Sequence record: SRR2962707_674
Direction: 5' to 3' (one strand)
Length of the DNA stretch: 38,266 bases
Below the pieces are notes generated by a model. The model saw only the letters and a list, made by a program, of their open reading frames with translations. It was not told the origin of the DNA and made no database searches. Positions within the stretch are counted from its first letter, which is position 1. Each line of letters starts with the position of its first letter. The translations under genes were made by a program, and so were the position numbers. Positions 28,706 to 36,864 of this stretch are shown one piece after another.

Positions 28706-31700
28706 TTATTGCTTGATGAATTTCTTGAATGAAGTTTTACCTCCTGAGGTAAGTTCAATCATATAGATTCCATCATTAAGATCTTCCACATCTACCTTAC
28801 CACCAACAAGCAAACCTTTCGAAATTACTTGTCCATTTATATTGGTAATTCGATATGAAACCTCTGTTCTTGTAGTCGCAATATTTAAGGTTTCACCTAC
28901 TACAGGGTTAGGGTAAATATCGAAACTGACAGGATGCCCTACCGAAGTAGTAGTAACTGCAAATGAAGTCGTTGCTCCACCCACACAGAAGTTAGTGGTT
29001 TCGCTTGACCCAAATGCTCCTCCCGAAGCTAAGGTCGTGCCACCATCTGTCAGGCTGTAAGAACCATTTCCAAAGCTGCAGCAGATGCCATCACCATACG
29101 TATCGTTGATGACAAAATCATAACATCCAGCAGCAAGAGAAATTACTTCCTGAATGGTAGAACCATCAGGTTGCGTGCCATAAGTTCCGCCGGAAGCAAC
29201 AACTGTTGATCCGTCAAGAATCTGCCAGCTGGTTTCTTCAGGATAATTGTCCAGAACGATAGTAAGTGTAACATCTGTATTTCCTCCACCGGTACTACCG
29301 CCGCTAACGGAAAGATCATCAATTGCCATATCACTTGACCAGCCGTTTCCGGTAGTCCCAACGATTCTCAATTGAACAGTCCCGCCAAGGTACGATGCAA
29401 GATCCACACTTACCGGATTCCAGGTGTTACCCTGATTACCTGATAAACTCCAAAGGTTGGTCCAATTAACTCCATCATCTGACGATCCCTGGATAGTCAA
29501 TGATCCTACATTGGTTCCATACATGTGATACTGGAAGCCAAATGAAGCCGAAGTTTCACCTGATAAGTTAAAGCATCCGCTTTCAAGTATAGCTGTTGCA
29601 TTGCTTCCAATTTGACCTGTACTTCCGTTTGTCGATGCTTCAAGGAACATGTAGAATGATCCTTCTACCGCAGCACTTGGCCCTGTGCCAGACGAAGGTG
29701 TACCGTTGGCATCTCGCACCCAGTTACCATCATCGCCAGTAACCTGTGTCCAGCCATCATTCGACTCAAATCCTTCTGAGTAAGGAAGCGTCTCAGAGAC
29801 TGTACATCCTGATCCTCCTCCTGTGGTAGTCACATTTACAGTATTGCTAAATGCTGATTCATTACTTGCTCCATCAATGGCAGTAACTCTGAATGAATAA
29901 GCTGTACTTGCAGTTAATCCCGTGATACTAGCAGTGGTAGCTGTAACTGTACCAATATTGGTAGAGCCGGAATAGACATTGTATCCGGTTACGCCCACAT
30001 TATCCGTAGAAGCATTCCAGTTCAATGTTAACGCTGTTTCTTGCACATTAGATGCAGCCAATCCCGTCGGAGCACTTGGTGCTTCTGTATCAGGACCTCC
30101 TCCTGTGGTTACGTTCAAGTCGTCCACAGCCATGTCACTTGACCAGCTCGATCCGGTTGTTCCAACAATTCGAAGAATCACCGTTGAGCCGGCATAGGCA
30201 TTTAGACTTACATCGACGGCATTCCACTGATTGCCCTGATCACCCGAAAGCGTCCAAAGGTTGGTCCATGATGCTCCATCTGTTGAAGCCTGAATTGTCA
30301 ATGAACCTACACTTGTTCCAAACATGTGATGCTGGAAAGAAAAAGTCGCCTCCGAAGCTCCCGTTAAGTCGAAGCAATCGCTCTCAAGAATGGCTGTAGC
30401 GTTAGGACCAATCTGACCTGTACTTCCATTAGTGGATGCCTCGAGGAACATGTAGAATGATCCTTCAACTGCTGCACTAGGTCCTGTTCCTGATGAAGGA
30501 GTACCGTTGGAATCTCTCACCCAGTTACCGTCATCGCCGGCAACTTGTGTCCATCCATCATTCACTTCAAAGCCTTCTGAATATGGATATGAGCTCACAA
30601 CACCATTGCAATTTGAACTTGTTGTGAATGTTGTTGATGAAGAATAAGCTGACGTTGAGTTGTCAGGGCATACACTTCGAACTTGCGCTTCATACTCTGT
30701 GTCAGAGCTAAGACCTGATAGGCTTGTAGAAGTTCCACCTGCGCTAACAGTTGTCCATCCAGTGGTACCCACTTCTCTGTATCGCACATCGAAGCTTGCC
30801 CCGGCAACAGCATTCCAACTTAGCGATGCAGCATTCTGTCCAACGCCACTTGAGCTGAGACCGGTTGGTGTGGTCGCGTTACATACTGGAGGAGTTCCAG
30901 TTACTCCTGTTACAACGAGAGTAAAATCCTGGTTGCCACCAGACAATGAACCCTTATGTGTCACAGTAATAGTGTAAGACCCGGTAGCACCTGATACATC
31001 CACTCGTTCATACGGATCAACATTGTTATCCCCCGTACCATTAGAATTTACACCTGTAAGTCTGTATGGATTGAAGGTTGAGGCGCCTTTTGTAACCCGG
31101 ATATCAAGGTCATTGACCAGTACAGGTGTTGACAAATTAGCTGTTCCAGTGTTGGCTGTTCCGGCAGGATCAGTCCAGCAAATGGAAGCAATCAATGGGC
31201 TTGAACCATCTGAATCAACATTCAGCGTATAAGAGCCGCCGTTAGCTAATGAAAGTTCATTGATGATCGCTCCATTTCCATTGTCAGAAATAGCTTCAGC
31301 CGCTGCTTTCGCATTCAGTAATCCCCACCCAAAAATCGCATCGGGACCTGAAATACCGGCATCATCCGCTGTATGAAGAGCAACACCTTTAAGCGTTGCA
31401 GATCTCATGAAATTCCCGTTCAGGTTATTGTAGTGCTGCTGTAGCAACAACAAAGTACCCGTAACATTTGGTGAAGCCATGGATGTACCACTGATCGAAT
31501 TGTAAGCGTTATCAGCATTGTCATATGTTGAGTAGACACCTGTACCATTACCGGTAATGTCTGGCTTAATTCTGTAGTCATCTGTGGGACCTTCGCTACT
31601 GCTACTGTTAATTACAACAGAATTGAAGCTACCATCGGCATTTACATTAGCATCTTGCCCATTGGCAACCACCATGTTGTTTTTGGAAGTAGAGTGTCCT

Positions 31701-32563
31701 GTCAACTTATCGAAAGATGAGTTGCCTTCCAGAGGACTGGTGTTTGCGCTGTTATCATTCCCATCATTCCCCGCGGCAACCACCATCAGGTAGTATGGAG
31801 AATTGTACATCAGATTATCCCAGTCTCTGGAATCATCAATGTAGGCTCCACCATACCAGGCAGGCAATTGTACCTGTCCAAATTGGTTTCTCCAGGCAAA
31901 TCCATAGGAGTGATTTGAAACCAACATACCTGCTGCAGCCTCTGCCGTAGCTTCTGCAAGGTCATTGTTCCAATCATGGGTCAATGCCTGAGCTTGAGGT
32001 GCCATACCTTTTGCAGCAGCCTGTACCCCAGACGCCACAATAGTACCTGTCACGTGCTGTGAATGGAAGCTATTTCCATTAAGTCCTGTGACTCCATCAT
32101 TGATTGTTACCCTGTTGTTACCGCCAGGACCATCAAATTCCTGATGTGTCACACGGACAGGACCTCCATCCCAAACATGAGCAGTCATACTCTGACCATC
32201 AAGGCTCAATCCTAGTGAACCCCCAATATTGAGGTGGTTGGCACGTGTGGATATTGCCGCGTCTGCGTTATGGATTGAAAAATAAATAGGATAACCATCG
32301 GGTGAAACGGCCACCAATTCATCAATAGACCCATCCGGATTAGCTCGAAGAATCTCCCAGCCGCGAAGTGATGCTTGATTGATAGCATCTGCCTTTCGGC
32401 TTTCTTGCTTTTGAAGAAATTCCTGTTTGAGTTGATTTAATTTGGATAGGTTGTACGTGTTGCTGATCTCTTGTCTCTGCTTTAGCGTCTGACCAAGAGA
32501 GAGTGTTGTGGACACAGCAAAGGCTAGCAACAGCGCCTTTATGCGTCGCTCGGTTCTTCTCAT
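28706..32563 (-). CDS. S8 subtilisin-like serine peptidase with FN3-MAM-FN3-MAM modules and a T9SS type A CTD
   Basis: Start at MRRTERR (signal peptide). Catalytic triad VWDGG, HSQHVTGT and GTSMASP; oxyanion AAGND; two FN3 and two MAM-like domains; IYPNPV...KKFIKQ. Confidence 0.94.
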   Translation of the reverse strand: MRRTERRIKALLLAFAVSTTLSLGQTLKQRQEISNTYNLSKLNQLKQEFLQKQESRKADAINQASLRGWEILRANPDGSIDELVAVSPDGYPIYFSIHNADAAISTRANHLNIGGSLGLSLDGQSMTAHVWDGGPVRVTHQEFDGPGGNNRVTINDGVTGLNGNSFHSQHVTGTIVASGVQAAAKGMAPQAQALTHDWNNDLAEATAEAAAGMLVSNHSYGFAWRNQFGQVQLPAWYGGAYIDDSRDWDNLMYNSPYYLMVVAAGNDGNDNSANTSPLEGNSSFDKLTGHSTSKNNMVVANGQDANVNADGSFNSVVINSSSSEGPTDDYRIKPDITGNGTGVYSTYDNADNAYNSISGTSMASPNVTGTLLLLQQHYNNLNGNFMRSATLKGVALHTADDAGISGPDAIFGWGLLNAKAAAEAISDNGNGAIINELSLANGGSYTLNVDSDGSSPLIASICWTDPAGTANTGTANLSTPVLVNDLDIRVTKGASTFNPYRLTGVNSNGTGDNNVDPYERVDVSGATGSYTITVTHKGSLSGGNQDFTLVVTGVTGTPPVCNATTPTGLSSSGVGQNAASLSWNAVAGASFDVRYREVGTTGWTTVSAGGTSTSLSGLSSDTEYEAQVRSVCPDNSTSAYSSSTTFTTSSNCNGVVSSYPYSEGFEVNDGWTQVAGDDGNWVRDSNGTPSSGTGPSAAVEGSFYMFLEASTNGSTGQIGPNATAILESDCFDLTGASEATFSFQHHMFGTSVGSLTIQASTDGASWTNLWTLSGDQGNQWNAVDVSLNAYAGSTVILRIVGTTGSSWSSDMAVDDLNVTTGGGPDTEAPSAPTGLAASNVQETALTLNWNASTDNVGVTGYNVYSGSTNIGTVTATTASITGLTASTAYSFRVTAIDGASNESAFSNTVNVTTTGGGSGCTVSETLPYSEGFESNDGWTQVTGDDGNWVRDANGTPSSGTGPSAAVEGSFYMFLEASTNGSTGQIGSNATAILESGCFNLSGETSASFGFQYHMYGTNVGSLTIQGSSDDGVNWTNLWSLSGNQGNTWNPVSVDLASYLGGTVQLRIVGTTGNGWSSDMAIDDLSVSGGSTGGGNTDVTLTIVLDNYPEETSWQILDGSTVVASGGTYGTQPDGSTIQEVISLAAGCYDFVINDTYGDGICCSFGNGSYSLTDGGTTLASGGAFGSSETTNFCVGGATTSFAVTTTSVGHPVSFDIYPNPVVGETLNIATTRTEVSYRITNINGQVISKGLLVGGKVDVEDLNDGIYMIELTSGGKTSFKKFIKQ
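29306..30589 (-). repeat. Intragenic duplication of a MAM-like domain (about 30110-30589 and 29306-29788)
   Basis: PYSEGFE.NDGWTQV.GDDGNWVRD.NGTPSSGTGPSAAVEGSFYMFLEASTNGSTGQIG.NATAILES occurs twice. Confidence 0.92.
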
Positions 32564-32824
32564 AATAAAACGATTAGGTTCTGAAAAATCGTTCGAATAT
32601 AAAAGGAACTTTTCGCCACTCGCAAAAACATTTTGATTTATTTTTCCCAAACAGTATTTACTATAAGCAATAAGTATATTTTAAGAATATTATTTCGCCT
32701 TTTTAAATCGGATTAATTTAATCTGAAATTCACCGAACATTATTTCAAAAAATCACATTACCTTGTTATAAAATTTTGCGTTTGGAGGCTGTTTAAATGG
32801 CCTTTTTAAGCTTATTTTAGTGAA

Positions 32825-33250
32825 ATGATCCATCGAAATAATATTTTTCTCCTACTGACAATCGGGTGTATTTTCACTTGTTGTACAGCTCAAAAGTCCA
32901 ATCAATCAAAAGGTGAATTAACCGGCACTATTGGCCTTTTAGAAGGGAATTGTATGCCAAGCCCAGATAAGCCACCATGCAAGCTTGAACCATTGTCAAC
33001 AACGGTTTATGTTACGCTTCCGAGCAAAGACTTTTTGATGGACAATCTTGTTGACTCTACCACTTCCGATGCGGATGGGAAGTATACTTTCTCATTGAAT
33101 CCTGGTTCTTACAGCATCTTTGTGAAAGATGAAAGCAATGTGATCTGTACGGAACAGAATTGCAACCCTGAATGTGTTTGTGCTTTGGTATCAATAGAGG
33201 CCGGTCAACAAACTAGCCGTGATCTAAAAGTCGATCATGCGACTTGGTAA
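32825..33250 (+). CDS. Cys-rich exported/lipoprotein with a carboxypeptidase-regulatory-like domain
   Basis: Signal ending FTCC; EGNCMP; TTSDADGKYTFSLNPGSYSIFV. Confidence 0.75.
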   Translation: MIHRNNIFLLLTIGCIFTCCTAQKSNQSKGELTGTIGLLEGNCMPSPDKPPCKLEPLSTTVYVTLPSKDFLMDNLVDSTTSDADGKYTFSLNPGSYSIFVKDESNVICTEQNCNPECVCALVSIEAGQQTSRDLKVDHATW

Positions 33251-33602
33251 CAGACAGATTTTCAACCAGTAGAAGTATTCCCTCTCCCAGACTTAAATAA
33301 CCCTGGTCATAGCAAAATCGATAGGTCGCTCCGGTTTTGGTTTCATACTGGCTTGTATATAAATCAAAATCGAAACCCGCTCGGAGCAACTCATCTCTAT
33401 GAATTTTCTCCTTTCCTGAAGGATTCAGTTTCTTTAATATCCTCCTGTTTTTAGCAAGACGGTTGTTCACATTTCGCATAAAATTGGTTGCAGGCGCATT
33501 GTGTCGGTTGTTGTACGCATTACGACATGCATCAGAACAAAATTTCTTATCTACTCTGCCAAATACTAAGGCACCACATTCAGGACAGTTTCTCTTATCC
33601 AT
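33213..33602 (-). CDS. Zn-ribbon protein (DUF2116-like), conserved Bacteroidota hypothetical
   Basis: CPECG...GRVDKKFCSDACRNAYNN, NRRILKKL, GFDF and YRFCYDQGY. Confidence 0.85.
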   Translation of the reverse strand: MDKRNCPECGALVFGRVDKKFCSDACRNAYNNRHNAPATNFMRNVNNRLAKNRRILKKLNPSGKEKIHRDELLRAGFDFDLYTSQYETKTGATYRFCYDQGYLSLGEGILLLVENLSVTKSHDRLLDHG

Positions 33603-33622
33603 GGTTGAAGTTGGTTTAATGC

Positions 33623-33664
33623 TATAGTCGGGTGCAAACGACTATAAACGATTACAAATGATTA
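33623..33664. promoter_or_regulatory. Three phased 10-bp direct repeats with an overlapping inverted repeat
   Basis: CAAACGACTA TAAACGATTA CAAATGATTA (33635-33664); TATAGTCG-N8-CGACTATA (33623-33646). Confidence 0.7.
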
Positions 33665-33765
33665 ATTACCGAATCTAGTTTTTGGCTTACAAAAGTTTTG
33701 CCCCAGTCGAATGACAATTCATCTACCGATCGATGAATCACTAAAAATTTTAAAAAATAAATCGT

Positions 33766-34102
33766 ATGAAAAGACTGAAAAACAGCGTACAGCTAATTGG
33801 TAGATTAGGTAACGATCCCGAAGTAAGAACTTTTGACAGTGGGAAGAAAATGGCCACATTTTCCCTGGCTACCAACGAGACATTTCTAAATAATAAAGGA
33901 GAAAAAGTGACGGATACCCAATGGCACAACATTGTGGTTTGGGGAAAAAAGGCCGATGTGGTTGAGAACTATTTGAAAAAAGGAAGTGAGATCGCATTGG
34001 AAGGGAAACTCATCAACCGATCCTATGAAAAGGAAGGCGTAAAAAAAATACATAACCGAAATCAGCTTAAATGAAATGCTAATGATAGGTAAGAAAGACT
34101 AA
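33766..34102 (+). pseudogene. ssb: Single-stranded DNA-binding protein, short paralogue, frameshifted at an A8 run (or sequencing error)
   Basis: NSVQLIGRLGNDPEVR, FSLATNE, TQWHNIVVWGK and LEGKL. Deleting one A in 34041-34048 restores GVKKYITEISLNEMLMIGKKD* (111 aa). Confidence 0.85.
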
Positions 34103-34114
34103 CCTGTGAGCAGT

Positions 34115-34149
34115 GAAAGGCCACCTCAATTGATTTTGAGTGGCCTTTC
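34115..34149. terminator. Terminator hairpin between convergent ssb and the ECF operon
   Basis: GAAAGGCCAC(C)TCAA-TTGAT-TTGAGTGGCCTTTC followed by TATTTTT. Confidence 0.75.
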
Positions 34150-34170
34150 TATTTTTAACAAACTGTTCTC

Positions 34171-35298
34171 TTAGTTTCTACCTATCTCTTTCACATTGAT
34201 CATCTCCATCGCTCTGTCTTTTGACAGAGATCCACTATCAAAGTCTTTCAAGGTTTTTCCTTTAACAGAAACCTCAATTTTGGAGGGCATCTCACATCCT
34301 CTACACTCAGTCAGCTCTACTTTGAAAATCAACATTTCATCCGGATCAATGCTTCTGATCGTTCTTCCATAATCCAACAAATTTTCCTTGAACGACTTCT
34401 TGAAATCAGGATACATGGCGTTTACCTTCTCATTTCTTTCTTCCTGGCTCAATCCACTTTCACCTGTAGTTCGAATGGTATGTAGTCCATTGTCACTGGT
34501 GGAAGAATAAACTCTCATACTGAAAGTGATACCAAAATTGGATAAACGAGTATACCCGATACTTCTGGAAGAGGTGTAATAGGTTGAGGATAGATCAGGC
34601 TCGTAAAGTCTGGCGAAGATGGTAGAGAAGAGCTCAATGTCTTTAGAAACTTCTTCGTCTTCACCTGAAGAAAATTCAATCTTTCCAATCAATGCCTCTC
34701 TCGACATTTTTCCTTGCTTGAAAGCTGAAATATCACTTTTCAATGCCTGGGCGGAGAATCCGGAGCTCTGATTGGCGGCCTTTCTGCCTGCAAAGTAGAT
34801 TCTTTCATTTCGACCTCTTGATTGAACAACAATTCTATCTGTCGGCTTTAATTGACCAATTAGATCTGCATAGTCCGCGAGGAAATCGATCATGATCTTC
34901 TTGGTATTCTCCTCAGCTTCTTTCTCCATCTTTTCAAGATCAATCTCCTTATCTTTCTTTTCATCTGAATCATCGGAAGATGCACTTACTGACTGGCTGC
35001 TACCTGAAATCACGTAGGTACCGCCGGAAGAGTAAACTGAACTTCCTTGCCCAACTGATCCATATATATAAGTTATCCTCGGAATACTAAAGACCACACC
35101 GTAATCGGGGATATAAGTACTTTCAACGTTGTTATAAATTCTAACTCGACTATTGTCGCTGGATAACGTACCGATTATATTCTCTGCGATCTTCAGGTCT
35201 CTCTCCATCCGTTCCTCATCAAAACTTTGACCATACACACTGCTCACTCCAAGAAGCAAAGCGGTGATCAATATTTGAAATTTTCTATTCATTTTCAT
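34171..35298 (-). CDS. Exported protein of unknown function with a two-fold internal repeat
   Basis: Signal peptide ending VYG-Q; third gene of the ECF operon; halves align by eye. Confidence 0.8.
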   Translation of the reverse strand: MKMNRKFQILITALLLGVSSVYGQSFDEERMERDLKIAENIIGTLSSDNSRVRIYNNVESTYIPDYGVVFSIPRITYIYGSVGQGSSVYSSGGTYVISGSSQSVSASSDDSDEKKDKEIDLEKMEKEAEENTKKIMIDFLADYADLIGQLKPTDRIVVQSRGRNERIYFAGRKAANQSSGFSAQALKSDISAFKQGKMSREALIGKIEFSSGEDEEVSKDIELFSTIFARLYEPDLSSTYYTSSRSIGYTRLSNFGITFSMRVYSSTSDNGLHTIRTTGESGLSQEERNEKVNAMYPDFKKSFKENLLDYGRTIRSIDPDEMLIFKVELTECRGCEMPSKIEVSVKGKTLKDFDSGSLSKDRAMEMINVKEIGRN

Positions 35299-35322
35299 TT
35301 CACTACTATTTAATTGTCCTTT

Positions 35323-36114
35323 TTAATATTGATTTGAAGGCACCTCTGAAGAGGTCATAAGGTTTGTCAAAATTTGGTTTGTCTGTCTCTGATTGAACTC
35401 TGTATCGTCAATCAGATTTTCGAATCTTGTTTGTATTACATCAAGATCGTTTTGTCTTTGTATATCCAGGAATATGGCAAACTCCCTGATCATGTCCTCT
35501 GTGTATTTTCTTTGGGACAACTCTGAAGCTTCCATCAGACCTGAAAGTGTTGCGATACTTCTTTCTCTCAAATCAGCGAGGTAAGCATCTACCTGAGCCT
35601 GAGATATTCCTGGCTCGGAATTGTTACTGACGAGTTTTTTCATCTCCGTTTCCACGTTGTTCAGCTTATCATCGATCTGGCGATTGTTTTCTTTCAAAGC
35701 CGCCTGAATCATCATCTGAACATCGCTTTCGCTGTAACTATTGGTTACAGGTTCTTCTCCAAAACTTAGCTGCACACCTTCAGTTCCGATTGATAGATCT
35801 GCTTTACTCAGATATCCAACTAAAATGATGATCGAAATGCTGGCTGCTATGGCCAAAGACCTTCTCCAAAAGCTATTGAAACCATTTGCACTTCCTACCA
35901 CCACCTTTGGTGATTCATCGAAGACAAAGGAAGGAACCTGCACTTCTCGATCTCCCAACTTACCAAGGATGCTTCTTGCATCTCTCATCTGCTCCATCTC
36001 TTCGCGGGCTTCTGCATTTTCTGCAAGGTATGCCTCTACTTTTACTTTCTCTTCCTCTGAAAGCTCGCCATACAGGTAAGCCATCAATACTGATTCTTCC
36101 GGTTTATAACTCAT
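35323..36114 (-). CDS. Single-pass anti-sigma factor
   Basis: N-terminal LMAYLYGELSEEEKVKVEAYL (anti-sigma domain-like), TM SLAIAASISIIILVGYL and a helical C-terminus. 11-bp overlap with the sigma gene. Confidence 0.82.
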   Translation of the reverse strand: MSYKPEESVLMAYLYGELSEEEKVKVEAYLAENAEAREEMEQMRDARSILGKLGDREVQVPSFVFDESPKVVVGSANGFNSFWRRSLAIAASISIIILVGYLSKADLSIGTEGVQLSFGEEPVTNSYSESDVQMMIQAALKENNRQIDDKLNNVETEMKKLVSNNSEPGISQAQVDAYLADLRERSIATLSGLMEASELSQRKYTEDMIREFAIFLDIQRQNDLDVIQTRFENLIDDTEFNQRQTNQILTNLMTSSEVPSNQY

Positions 36115-36736
36115 AATGAATCGTTTCTTTCGTTATGTTCTTTTCATTCAACCGATTCTTCAGGACTTTTAATCCTCTATACAATCGGGTTTTCACTGTG
36201 TTCTCAGATGCATCAAGCGCATCTGCTATTTCATGGAACTTCATTCCCTCGTATTCTTTCATGATGATCACTGTTCGTTGATCATCGGGTAATTCGTCCA
36301 GACATTCAAACAATATTTTTTCTAGTTCCATCTGCTGGTAGGTGCGTTCAGGGTTAAAAATCACTCCCTTTGCTTCACCATCTCCAACGTACGTTTCTTC
36401 ATCATTTTCATTTCTGGATATACCCATTGAGACCGTTGCTCTTTTTGCTTTCTTTCGACCTTCGTCATAGCAAAAATTCGTTGCGATCCGATAAACCCAC
36501 GGTTTAAAGCTTCCCGTTTCTTTCAACTTGTGCAGATTCTTGTACACGGCTATAAATGTTCGCTGTGTAATATCTGCGCTCATCTCATCGTCTGAACAAT
36601 GCTTAAAAGCATAGTTGTAGATCCTTTTATACCAAAGGTTTACAAGTTGATTGAACGCCTGCTCGTCACCAGTTTTAGCCTTTTCAATCAAACCATCGAC
36701 TGCCAGCATACTTCTATTCAGTTTTTCTGCCTGCAT
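36104..36736 (-). CDS. ECF sigma-70 factor
   Basis: Region 2 GDEQAFNQLV...DITQRTFI...FKPWVYRIATN; region 4 LPDDQRTVIIMKEYEGMKFHEIA...TVKTRLYRG. Confidence 0.96.
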   Translation of the reverse strand: MQAEKLNRSMLAVDGLIEKAKTGDEQAFNQLVNLWYKRIYNYAFKHCSDDEMSADITQRTFIAVYKNLHKLKETGSFKPWVYRIATNFCYDEGRKKAKRATVSMGISRNENDEETYVGDGEAKGVIFNPERTYQQMELEKILFECLDELPDDQRTVIIMKEYEGMKFHEIADALDASENTVKTRLYRGLKVLKNRLNEKNITKETIHYEL

Positions 36737-36771
36737 AATGATTTGTTGAATATTTCTTGCTTAATACCATA

Positions 36772-36798
36772 ATAGATCAGGTTTCCTCTAGGATGTTC
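36772..36798 (-). promoter_or_regulatory. Candidate ECF-type autoregulatory promoter GAACAT-N16-TCTAT
   Basis: Resembles sigmaE-type GAACTT-N16-TCT(G/A)A; lies about 35 nt upstream of the sigma ATG. Confidence 0.5.
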
Positions 36799-36864
36799 AG
36801 AAGAGAAAAAAAGTTTTACTTCTCTATAAAAAAGTTATTCAAGTATAAATAGACTTGATTAACC

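Noticed and set aside
34038..34050. Programmed -1 ribosomal frameshift at A AAA AAA in ssb
   Set aside because: Restoring the protein needs a +1 (or -2) shift, not -1, so the canonical slippery mechanism does not apply.
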